Source: Lama glama (lineage: Eukaryota). Taken from it: a DNA stretch of 64,000 nt. Of the stretch, positions 50,341 to 61,964 are shown piece by piece. The notes under the pieces were generated by a model, which saw only the letters and a program-made list of their open reading frames with translations, was not told the origin of the DNA and ran no database searches. The DNA lies in contig CM052817.1 of NCBI GenBank assembly GCA_028534125.1, positions 101,868,001 to 101,932,000 of the forward strand. Direction: 5' to 3'. The position numbers were made by a program, and so were the translations under genes. Each line of letters opens with the position of its first letter. Position 1 is the stretch's first letter.

Positions 50341-52254
50341 CTCCTTACTCTGCTGCCAGATCCCAAAGGGAATGTATTCACTCTGCTGAAAGGGGTACTT
50401 TCAAGTTGGAGAAGCTGTTTTGAGGCAAGACAATTTAGATAAATGCTTTGGGAACCAGGTCCTCTGTTCAGAAGGAATCCGTGAAATCCTCCAGCAGGTC
50501 AGAAAAATTCATCTCCTAGTTTACCAACCAGAAACAGTCATGCTTTGCAAAACACATGTTTTCCACCAAGCACCACATGAAACCTGGGGTCACCATACAA
50601 AATGATCAGAGAAATAACAGGATGGAAATGGCCTTCCAGCTAAATTCTTACAATCACTGGTTTAAATGAATCTCAAACCTGGTTTGTAGCTACAGAGTTA
50701 AGAACTAGCTCAACTGTGGGCACTCTGTACAAATTTATTTGCTTTTCTAGTCCTATAAGTCTGGACCCCAAGGAAATATTTTTTGTTTCATTTTGTTTGC
50801 TTCTTTTAATTGATAATAACCAGTGTTGTCAAGGACTCAGGGAAACTGGAACTCAAATAGCTATTATTGGAATCTTTATTGGATGTGATTCTTGGTTGCA
50901 AACAACATAATTCACTCTGACTACTTCAAGCAAAAAAAATTACTAAAGGATATTAAATATCTCACAAATTACCTCTCTAGGACAATGTGAAATGCTCAGG
51001 GGAAGAAACAAAGAGACATTTATCAACCTGCTCCTATTCTCCATCAGTCAAGGTTTGCCTGTAGGGTGTTAACTACCTTGCACTGTGGGATTTCATGTAT
51101 TTAAGGACAGAGTGGGTTGCTTTGGGTTCCAAGAAAAGCTCTGGTTAGGGGATATCAAGAGGAAAGAGGAGGTCTGCGCCAACTTGTTTTTAGAGGAAGA
51201 TTTGGGGATCAGAGGTCCAGAGTGAAGCATACAGGGAGAAGCTTTGGGGAAGTTGGGAAACTGACTGCTACTGAGAAGGAAAACACTAAAGAAGAAAGAC
51301 TTTTAAGAAACACTACTGTGGGTAATAAATTGGTTCTCTTCAACATTCTTTAAGATATTTGAAGAAAGATTGATTGATTTGCTTTTAATTATTAGAGCTG
51401 TTGGACTGTATTTACTTGAATGCTATAACTTGCAGAGACTGGATGACATGGGGTTCTAGTTTTTAAACAGTTGTTAAAAGTACAAAGTACTCTTCAGTTC
51501 ATGAGAACCAGGTTCTTCAGTCAGAATATCATGTCCATGTTCAACTTCAATGGATTTCTGATGTGAACTTTCTAATGGCTTTCAATCAACTGAACTGCAT
51601 TACAAGCAAAAGAGCTTAAAAAGGTCTCTGGAGATTTGACTCGAGTTATAACATTTGAGAATGAGCTGAAAGCCAGCTTAATGAGCCTTTAAATGACTGG
51701 ATGCTTGTTCCATTCCTTCTTTCACTTTCTGACAGTCAGGGAGCATCCACAGGACACTGGATTCTTTGAGGAAGATCACCAAAAGGAAAAAAAAAAAAAA
51801 GAAGGAAAATGTGAATATTTAGCACATTTGGAGAATTTAAAATTCACCTAATGGCATTTGGAAGCCCTAGAACAAAAGAACTAGCTTTCCTCTTTGAACG
51901 CCAAGAGTATCATTTCACAGAACTCGCCAGGAAGAAACACGTGGATTCAGTGATTCAGGGGGATGGAATCTTCCTTTCTTTTAAGGGAGTGCAAGTGTGT
52001 GTCTACACAGAACAATAAGGGGAGAACCAGGGACTCTGACTAGTTTGTGGTATCAGGAAGATATCCAAGTGCAGAGCAAGAAGTCTGAAAGGATCAGGAA
52101 AGAACTGAAGGCCATAGCAGGTAATGAGCTGAGCCCGGAATTATCAGACCAAAGAGGAGTGAATGGCCAGATCTGAAAGGTCAAAACAGAAAACATCTGG
52201 ACCTTAAGAGTTTGCATGATTTGAGGATGTGGCATTGGCCAGGAGAAATTATTC

Positions 52255-52440
52255 TAAGTTAGGAGTTTTGGAGTCATACATTTTTTGCCACTGATTAGTT
52301 ACATGACCTTGGGCAAATGATTTAATCTCTATGAGCTTCATACGTTCATTGCAAAGTGACAGTCGTATGGTTGACTTTCCTGTAAGGATTAATGTATGTG
52401 AAATGCCGGATATACTTCCTGATAGATGCTCAAGAATGAT
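52255..52440 (+). mobile_element. MIR
   Basis: GTTACATGACCTTGGGCAAATGATTTAATCTCTATGAGCTTCA...TGTAAGGATTAA. Confidence 0.75.
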
Positions 52441-54359
52441 ACGATTATTTCTAAGACTGAAGTTCTTTCACAGTGAGAAACCTTGTTCCTGTCTCCAGGT
52501 ATGCCCACCCTAACCCAAGGCTGCTTCCCCTTCCCCTGACCTCCTACCTCAAGACTCTTCACACACCTCTGACCCTACTCTGCTAAACTCAGGTAAAACA
52601 CTTACAGGTCAATGAAGACATCTACAAGATGTGGCTGACCTTGAATGTCCTTACTGACCTTGACTATAGGAGTAACCAGGACAGGGAATAACCTCAAAAT
52701 CATGCCTTATGAGACACACTTGAAAGGACCAGAGAAATTTAGCTTGGGGCAGAAATGATAAAATCAAGGAAAGTTGGATAGCTTATGAATTATTTGGTTC
52801 AATTGGATGTATTCTAGGAAAATAGTGGTTGGTGTCTCCATGGTGGCCACCTGGGGAGGATATGAAGAAAGAATCCTAGTGCTGAGAAAGGCTCTCCATG
52901 GTCTCTTGACTCTGAGAGTCCATGGCTTTAGGAAACACAAGCATTAGTGAAGGGGCCAGGTTCTGAATGGAGCAGCTCCTGCACCGGGCAGCCTGCAGGC
53001 ATGGGTCATGCCATAAAGCATGCCTCCTGGCATGTGGGGCTGGGGCCTCAGAACCCTTGTTATGATAATTCTGTCAGAGCTCCCTCAATACATTTCCTTC
53101 CTATTCTTCTCTTTCACCAGTTGGCAATTACACGCTACAGAAACTGTACACAGAAGGGGCTTGTTTTGGTTACCATGTAGCTGGATGGGAGGGAGCTATG
53201 GCTGGTGGCTGATTCTCTGGGGTGACTGGGCATGGGTTATGGGAATGGAGGATGAAGTCCCTCATCAGTCCCCGGAGCGTTGCCTCATGAGCACCCTGGA
53301 GCCTGTGAATAGTGTTTAAATCAATGGTCAAAGTGGAGAGAGCAGCTTAGTCCTCATTACGCCCCAGGACTAATTGACCTCTTCTCAAAAGGTGCATTCT
53401 TGATTTGGTGAGACTCTTCCTCATCCGGAAAGGCCAGTGAAGCAAAAAGATCTAATGTGAAAGGGTGGGGGGTGAGGGGTCAAGGGTGGCATTGAAGGGA
53501 GAGAAAGGTGCAGAGCATTCACTAAATCATTTCCACCAGAACGGATGAGAACAAAGGCATCACCATCCCGAGAGCATTTGTTAAGGACTCAAACAGGTCA
53601 AGCGCTGTACAGAGTCTGGTGACCTTTTCCTGCCCTGGAGACTCTCAGTTTTGTCATTTTGATGAATCTCTAAGTTGTGTTCACTGTGAGGATCTCTGAT
53701 AGCAAGTAAGTGATTTAACATAAAAGTCCTTTGAGGGAAATGCATAAAAATGGAGTCAAGCTCAATGCCACTCCAAAGCATGCCATTTATTTTTAATTGT
53801 TCCCCTTATCCATCTTAGTTATTAAGAAAGAAATATGAAAGAAAGAAAACAGAAAGAGAAAAGGAAAGGCAGAGAATGAAATTAAGTAGCAAAACCCAAA
53901 AAACAAAAATGAAGTCTGATTCCTTTTTGAATCTATTAGTGATATAAAGCTCAGACATTCCTGCTACCACCCTCAAGAGCCAAAACATTTTTTCAATGTG
54001 TGGGAATTTCAGAGAAGCCATGTTGAATATAATGTGATGTTTCCCACAGAGAGTACAAATATAAAAATACAGAACACCATAAGAACATCTATTTCCACAT
54101 AAAAACAACGTTCTACCCATTGTCAACTTTATACTTTTGTCAGCATGATGGTAATAGATGCCCAAGTAACTCAGAATAGAATTGATTTAAAAAGCATTGA
54201 GACTCCATCAGTCTGTAAACTGATGGAAAGTTCACCTGCAGGTTGCTCAGTAAACCTTATTATCTCTAACCTTACAATTTGTTCCTTAGTCCCCCCTCCC
54301 CCCTTACCTTATGTGGACTTTTGTTCCTAAAATTTTTCAAGAAACAAAACTGACACTCT

Positions 54360-54572
54360 ACTGTTGATTGTCCAGTTTGGTAGTCACTAGCCACATGTGG
54401 TTATTTAAATCTAAACTTTAAAAAAATTAACTAAAATTAAAATTTAGTTTCTTAGTCACACTAGTTACATTTCAAGTGCTTGGTAGCCACATATAGATAG
54501 TGACTACCTTACTGGACATTACAGATAGGGATCATTTCCATTACCACAGAAAATCCTGTTGGGCAGCACTAA
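54360..54572. mobile_element. MER3 (hAT-Charlie MITE)
   Basis: GGTAGTCACTAGCCACATGTGGTTATTTAAAT...CACACTAGTTACATTTCAAGTGCT...CATTTCCATTACCACAGAAAATCCTGTTGGGCAGCACT. Confidence 0.8.
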
Positions 54573-55074
54573 TCTACATTCTTGTCTATAGAAATGTGAG
54601 TCTTCAAAGTGTACTTCCTTAGCATGGGGAAGCATACTCTCATCTAAATACCCAAACTGAAGATTTAATCAACATATTGACATTTTGTTTCAATTTCTGT
54701 TTTGGAGACTGCTAGTCATTGAATCAGTATTGCTTCTCCCATGATCCTTAGTTATGGTAACCAAGGACCCTAGACAAAAACCACTTTGGTCAGTAAGTGA
54801 ATTATACCTGCCATTGTATAAATGACAGGGTCTTTTTGTTACTCAGAAGAAAAGATCCCCATAGTTGTGACATTTTATTTTCTTGACTCTTAACGGTCAT
54901 TTGAAAATCAACACCCATTTCCTTCAATTGCAGAAATCTACCAGACATGAAAGTTCTTCCAAATCTAGAACTGTGACTAAGAGCCAGCTGGAGGCAGAGC
55001 AAACAGCTCAGGGTCAGACATAATTCCTTCCGATTTATGATCATACTGAAAATCCACTTGGAATTGAATCTCCT

Positions 55075-58000
55075 GGTTTATTATATGAAACCAGCATTAC
55101 TCTAATGCCAAAAACCAGAGAAAGACATTATAAAAAGAGAAAATTACAGACCAATATTTCTCACAAACATGAAAATCCTTTTAAAAGTAGTAAACTGAAT
55201 CCAATAATATATAAAAATGATAATACATGATGACTAAATGGGGTTTCTCTCAGGAATGCAAGGTTGGTTTGATGTTTGGAAAGCAATGTAATTCAACAGT
55301 CTGAAAAGGAAAAACCATATCATCAACTTGATTAGATACAGGAAAAGCATGAACAAAATTCAGCATTTACTCATGATAAAAATTCTCAGAAAACAGGAAA
55401 TAGAAACTTCCTTGACCTGATAAAGGGTATCTGTGAAAAATCTAACATCATACTTAATGATAAAAGACTAATTTCCCCCTAAGATTGTCAAGGCAAGGAT
55501 TCTGCCCCCACCACTCTTATTTGACATTGTCTGGAGGTTCTAGTCAGTGCAATAAGGCAAGAAAGGGAAATAAAAGGAATTCATATTGGGAAAGAAGTAA
55601 TAAACTACTTTATTCTCAGATGACACAATTGTTTACATATAAAATCTCAATCTAGAAAAATGCTATTATATCCAATAATTGAATTTAACTAAATTGCAGG
55701 ATAAAAATCCCTTATACCAAAATCAATTGTACTTTTATACACTAGCAATAAATAATTAGGAATTGAAATAACAACAGTAAAATTCATAATAGTACCCCAA
55801 ACAACAATAATAACACATATTGTGAAATAACACTTTTAAGAATACATCTAAAAAATATGTACAGAAAGACCTAAGTAAATGGAGACATATACATAGATTG
55901 GATAACTCAATGTTGTCAAGATGTCAATTCTCTGCACAGATCAGTTTGTAGATACAATATCATCTCAAACAGAGTTTTAGCAAGTTTTTTTTTTAAATAG
56001 AAATAAACTAGTTTGTTCTAAAGTGTATGTGGAAAATAAAAAGGATCTGAGACCAAGAAAAATTGTTGGATTCAGAATATTTGAATTACTATAAGGAAAC
56101 AATAATCAAGACTGTGGTGTGGGCAAAAATATAAACACACAGTTGAATAGAACACAACAGCATATAGAAACACATCTACACATGTATGATAAATTGATTT
56201 TTGATAAAGAAACAAAGAAAATTCAATGGGGAAAGGATAGACTTTAGAAAATGATACTAGGAAGATTGGGCAACCACATTCAAGAAAAAAGGGAACCTTG
56301 ATCTATTACCTTATATTATATACAAAATTAACTTCAAATGAATCATAGAACTAATGTAAAATGCAAAACTATAAAACCTCTAGACAAATGTGTAGAAGAA
56401 AATCTTTGTGACTTTGAATTAGGCAAAGTTTTTTTGGTAGGATACAAACCATACAGAAATAAAAAAACATGAAAGATAAAAGGCAATTTTGACAAGTTGG
56501 GCTTTATAAAAATTAAAACCTTCTGTTTATTAAAAGCCAGTAGTAAGAGAATGGAAAGAAAAAGTGTGCAAGCTACACACCTGAAAGAAGAGTGGTAAAC
56601 AGAATCTGTTAAAAAACCTCTCAAACCTGGAAAAGGAAACAATCCAATATTTAAAAAATGGACAGAAGATTTAAACAGACACTTTACCAAAGAAGTGACA
56701 TGAAAAGCAAATATGCATATGAAAAGATGTTAAAAATACTAGTAATTAGTAAAATACAAATTAAAAAAATCATCCCTATCAAAATATCAAGGGCATTTTT
56801 CACAGAACTAGAATAAATAGTCCTAAAATTGTATGGAAATGCAAAAGATCCCAAATAGCCAAAACTATCTTGAGAAAGAAGAACAGAGCTAGAGGAATCA
56901 TGTGCCCTGACTTCAGACTATACTACAAAGCTACAGTCATCAAAACAGTGTGGTACTTGCCCAGTCAAATAGATCAATGAAACAGAAAAGAGAGCCCAGA
57001 AATAAACCCACACACTTATGGTCAATTAATATATGGCAAAAGAGGCAAGAATATATAATGGAGAAAAGATAGTCTCTTCAGTAAGTGGTGCTGGGAAATC
57101 TGGACAGTGACATTTAAAAGGATGAAATTAGAACATTTTTCTTACACCATATACAAACCTAAACTCAAAATGGATTAAAGACCTAAATGTAAGACCAGTA
57201 TCCATAAAACTTCTAGAAGAAAACATAGGCAGAACACTCTTTGACATAAATCATAGCAATGTTTTTTTAGATTTGTCTCCTAAAGCAAAGGAAACAAAAG
57301 CAAAAATAAACAAATGGGACCTAATCAGGCTTAAAAGCTTTTGCACAGCAAAGGAAACCATAAACAAAATGTAAAGACAACTTACTGAATGCGAGAAAAT
57401 ATTTGCTAATGATATGACTGATAATCAGTTAATATCCAAAATATATAAACATCTTATACAACTCAACAGCAAAAAACAAACAACCTGATTAAAACATTGG
57501 CAGAAGACCTGAATAGACATTTTTTCCACAGAAGACATACAGATGGTCAGCAGGCACATCAAAAATACTCAGCAACATTAATCATGAGAGAAATGCAAAT
57601 CAAAACCACAGAGGTATCACCTCATGCCTGTCATCAAAATGGCATCATCAAAAAGACCACAAATAACAAATATTGGTGAGGATGTGGAGAAAACAGAACC
57701 CTCATACACTGTTGGTGGAAATGTAAATTGGTACATCTATTGTAAAAAACAGTATGGCAGTTTCTCAAAAAAATAAAAATAGAACTACAATATGACTCAG
57801 CTATTCCACTCCTGGGTATATATCTGAAAACAACAAAAACACTCATTTGAAAAGATACATGCACCCCAATGTTCATAACAGTATTATTTACAGTTGTCAA
57901 GATATGGAAGCAACCTAAGTGTCCATTCATCCATGTATACATACATGAATCTATATACATTCATGTATATATATATGTGTGTGTGTGTATATATATACAT

Positions 58001-59210
58001 ATATATACACACATATATATATATGTATATATATATACACACACACATACAATGGAATACTACTCAGCCATAAAAAGAATGAAATTTTGCCTTTTGCAGC
58101 AACATGGATGGACTTGGAAGATATTATGCTAAGTGAAATAAGTCAGACAGAGAAAGACAAATACTGTATGACATCATTTATATGTGAAATCTAAAATACC
58201 AAACAAATCAGTGAATATAACAAAAAAGGAAACAGATTCACAGATATAGAGAACAAATTAGTGGTTACCAGTGGGGAGCAGGATGGGGGAAGGGGCCAGA
58301 CAGGGGTATGGGATTAAGAGGTACAAACTATTGTATATAAAATAAATAAGCTCCAAAGATATATTGTACAACACAAGGAATACAGCCAATATTTGACAAC
58401 TATAAATGGAGTATAACGTTTACAAATTGTGGCTCAATGTGTGATATACTTGTCACTTATATAATATTGTACCTCAAATATATCTCAATAAAAAACATAA
58501 TGAGATACCATTTCACACTGACTAGAATGGCTAAAATTAAAAAACAAACAATAATACCAGGTGCTGACAAGGAACCAGAGTAACTAATACGAATGTAAAA
58601 TGTTACAGCTACTTTATAAATAGCTTGTTAAGTTAGATACACCTTCTGTTTTACCCAGCAATCCCACTCCTAGATACTTACCCAAGAGAAATGAAAACAT
58701 ATGTCATCACATAAACCAGTACGTGAATGTTTTTATCAACTTTGTTCACATTTCCTCAGTTCTGGAAACAACTCAAGTGTTCAACAACTAGTGAATGACT
58801 ACAAAAATTGTAGTAACATCCACAAAGCAGAATAATACTCAGCCATAAAAAGGAACAAATTACTGATAAATGCAACTGCTTTTGAAAAATGCAACTTTTT
58901 TTGAATCTCAAAAGCATTATGATAAGCATAAGAAGAAAGACACAAATGGCTACCTACTGTCTAATTCCATTTCTATGACATTCTGTGAAAAGGCAAATTA
59001 TGATAGAAGTGATCAGTGACTGTTAGGAGTCGAAGGTCGTGGGAGGGGATTGACTACAAAAGGGTTCAAGGATAATGGAATTATTTGTTATCTTGATTGT
59101 GGTGGTGGTTATATGACTGTATACATTTGTCAAAATTCACAGAACTGCACACCTAAAAAGGATGAATTTTACCATATGTAAATGGTATCTTAAAGTGCAA
59201 ATAAAGAAAG
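55075..59210 (+). mobile_element. Old L1 (L1MC/MD-type ORF2 remnant and 3'UTR), split by a younger L1
   Basis: ORF2 RT-region motifs (AGGAATGCAAGGTTGGTTT, CTGGAGGTTCTAGTCAGTGCAATAAGGCAAGAAA). The sequence breaks at ...AAATACAAATTAAAA (56765), resumes at CATAATGAGATACCA (58496), and ends in TATACATTTGTCAAAATTCACAGAACTGCACACC. Confidence 0.85.
56770..58490 (+). mobile_element. Younger 5'-truncated L1 (ORF2 C-terminal part and 3'UTR) nested in the old L1
   Basis: ATCCCTATCAAAATATCAAGGGCATTTTTCACAGAACTAGAA...CCTGACTTCAGACTATACTACAAAGCTACAGTCATCAAAACAG. The ORF-track peptides [19 protein letters not shown] and NEILPFAATWMDLEDIMLSEISQ are L1 ORF2 end/3'UTR translations. Confidence 0.88.
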
Positions 59211-59287
59211 AAAACTTTCAACTTATTCTAGATTCTCTCCCACATTTTAAAATGGCATCTCAGCCTCTGAGGGTTTGATCTTGCTTT

Positions 59288-59807
59288 TGTAACAGGAAAG
59301 AACAAATCTGATTCCATATTCGATCTGTTCTTTTGGCTCTAACCCTGTGCTCTGTTTCCTGTGCTTAGTCACACTGGTTCTGCACCTTTTGTAAAAGAAT
59401 GTTGCCTAGAGCCTGAAATAGACAGGAGAGCCCATTCTCAAGGCTTTGACCTTTAAAGGTATTAACACTTTCCCATTCATATAAAGATAAAAACTTGCAA
59501 GATAGAAAATAACATTTGTCTTGCTGGAGATTTAGAGGGACACCATGACCTGACCTACACGGACAGCTGCAAAAACAAAGGAGTTTGATACCAAGAAGTC
59601 TGCAACAACCAACCATTCTCCCTCCCCTTTGTAGTATAAAAGGAGCCTGAATTCTGACTTGAGGGAAAATGGTTCTCCAGGACATTAGTCTCCCATCTCC
59701 TCGGTCTGCCAGTTTTCTGATAAAGTCGTTATTCCTTGCTCCAACACCTCATCTCCCAGTTTATTGGCCTGTTGTGTGGCAAACAGAACAAGTTTGGACT
59801 CAAAACA
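59288..59807 (+). mobile_element. ERV1-class solo LTR
   Basis: TGTAACA...AAAACA termini, TATAAA at 59635-59640, poly(A)-like signal GATAAA at about 59719, perfect 4-bp TSD CTTT (59284-59287 / 59808-59811). Confidence 0.9.
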
Positions 59808-60214
59808 CTTTGTCACCTAGGAAACATGTACTGGCCAAAGAGAATCTGCGGTTGCGAATACCAGGCATGGATTTGCCAGCCTGGATGGCAAGGCTTTGCC
59901 TTTGCCTTACAATCAGGTTGGCTGATTATTTTTAGTGGGACCTGTTTTACTCAAATCAACCAACCTCTTTCTTGGAAAGTTTGGAGTCCTGTGCACCGGC
60001 CTGAGGGGGCCTTGATCTCCACAGATGGACGTGACTGTCAGAAGAAGCCATCCTTACACTATGGTAGGTAAGAGGGTGGCCCCAGGACCACTGACGTGAG
60101 TGAATCTACAATTGACTGTGGACAGTCACCCAACAGAGAAGCTGCTGAGGGTAGGAGCTGGCTAATATGCCGGACCCTGCCTATTAAACATAATAAAAGC
60201 CTGCATTCATGCAA

Positions 60215-60385
60215 ATGCTTATAAGTGCCAGACTCTGCACCTTATCTTAATTCTCCCAACAACCCATTGAAGTAAGTTCTAAGATTTGTTTCCATTTCAC
60301 AGATGAAGAAACTGAGGCTCAGAGAGGTTGAATAACTTGATCACACAGTCATTAAGCGGTGGACCCATGATTTAAATGTGGCTTT
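60215..60385 (-). mobile_element. MIR
   Basis: CCATTTCACAGATGAAGAAACTGAGGCTCAGAGAGGTTGAATAACTTG. Confidence 0.8.
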
Positions 60386-61092
60386 GCCTTTAGTTAGTAG
60401 GACCAGGGGTGTTAATACCCCTCCCTTACTTCATCCCGAGGTAGTACTGTTACCATGTTCTACACCATCCCTTTTATTTTTTCTTGAAGATGTCCCTGAT
60501 ATTCATTTTAACTTGATTTCACTTGAATTAAGTTGTTGGAAGTAGGGGTCAGCAATTGTGTCAGATCTTCCTCTAGAATGGGACCAGGGGCCTTGAGCAC
60601 AAGTCTAGGCTGGCTGGTTACCTGTGAGACAGCGTGTGATTTATCCTGGCCTTCACTTCCACCTCTAGCCCCAAGAACATCCCAGAACATCCCCTGGAAT
60701 TCAAAAGTGAGTCTGGACCCAGACTTCTATCCTTCAGTAAGTAACCCCCACTGTCCCTCACATCGTCCACTGAGACATCACTAGTCCCACTTAGGACAGC
60801 ACTGACCACTGGTAGGTCTCTGCCTTTCTTTGTCTCTAGGTCTTGGGGCCAAGGCCATGGTTGTGTATTTGGTTGCAGCTGCTATGATTTTTGGAGGTCC
60901 AGATTCACTCCACTCTGTCATACAGGTCCAGATGGACCCTGCCAGCCAAAGAGAGCTGAGAAATGCCACCTTAATTGTCATGTCACTGTTCACCTTTTTT
61001 TCCTTGGGAATGAATCTTAGTGTCATCTTGGAAACCTTATACTTTTTCTTGACCTCCTCATGGGAAGAAAACGTTGTATATATAAGAACAGT

Positions 61093-61788
61093 CAGTCAGT
61101 CCCTCCGTATCTGTGGATTCCACATTTATCCATTCAATGAAAATATTCGGAAAAAAAAAGCCAGAAACTTCCAAAAAGTAAATCTTTAATTTGCCTTGTG
61201 GGCAACTACTTATATAGCATTTACATTGTATTAGGAATTGTAAGGAGCCTAGAGATGATTTCAAGTATACAGGAGGATGTGCATAGGTTATAGGCAAATA
61301 CAGCCATTTTATATAAGGGACTTGAACATCTGTGGATTTTTGGTGTCTGAGGAGGTCCTGGCTTACTTCACTTAGAATGATGATCTTATTCTTTTTTTAA
61401 CCACTGAGTAGTATTCCATTGTATAACTATACCACAACTTCTTTATCCAGTCATCTGTTGATGGACATTTAGGTTGCTTCCATGTCTTGGCTATTGTAAA
61501 TAGTACTGAGATTTGCAAATGTTAGCCACTATATATGAGAATAGATTAAAGAAACAAATTTCTGTATAGCATGGGGAATTATATTTAATATCTTATAATA
61601 ATCTTTAATGAAAAAGAATATGAAAATGAATATATGTATGTATATGCATGACTGGGACATCGTGCTGTACACCAGAAATTGACACACTGTTAACTGACTA
61701 AACTACAGTTAAAAAAAAAAAGAAAAAAAAAAAAAGAAAGAAAAGCAGGTCCTGGAATCAATTCCCCGTGGATACCAAGAGATGACTA
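61093..61788 (-). mobile_element. MER2 (TcMar-Tigger MITE) split by an L1
   Basis: TIR-like ends CAGTCAGTCCCTCCGTATC... and ...GATACCAAGAGATGACTA(TA). The internal CTAGAGATGATTTCAAGTATACAGGAGGATGTGCATAGGTTATA matches MER2. Confidence 0.85.
61362..61743 (+). mobile_element. Camelid-type L1 with 5' inversion (twin priming)
   Basis: 61362-~61507 is antisense L1. ~61508-61743 is the sense L1 3' end plus poly(A). TSD AG(G/C)AGGTCCTGG at 61350-61361 and 61744-61755. Confidence 0.85.
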
Positions 61789-61964
61789 TAATCCACTCTT
61801 TCTTTCTCTCACCTCATCTGACAGTTTCAACCAGTGTCCCTGATAGAAGACAATCGTTTTACTGAGAATGTCTACAGATGTGCTATGTGTCAGTTCTCAA
61901 AAATTAACACAGAAAAAAATAAAAACAAAGAAGGCTGGTTTGTTTTTGTTTATCTCTGTAAAGC

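Noticed and set aside
42347..59807. A single provirus bounded by the two LTRs
   Set aside because: The LTRs are inverted, clearly diverged and have separate TSDs. No gag/pol/env sequence or primer-binding site lies between them.
60830..61189. 119-aa hydrophobic ORF with an acceptor-like site at 60839
   Set aside because: No recognisable homolog, non-ATG start, and the 3' part runs into MER2.
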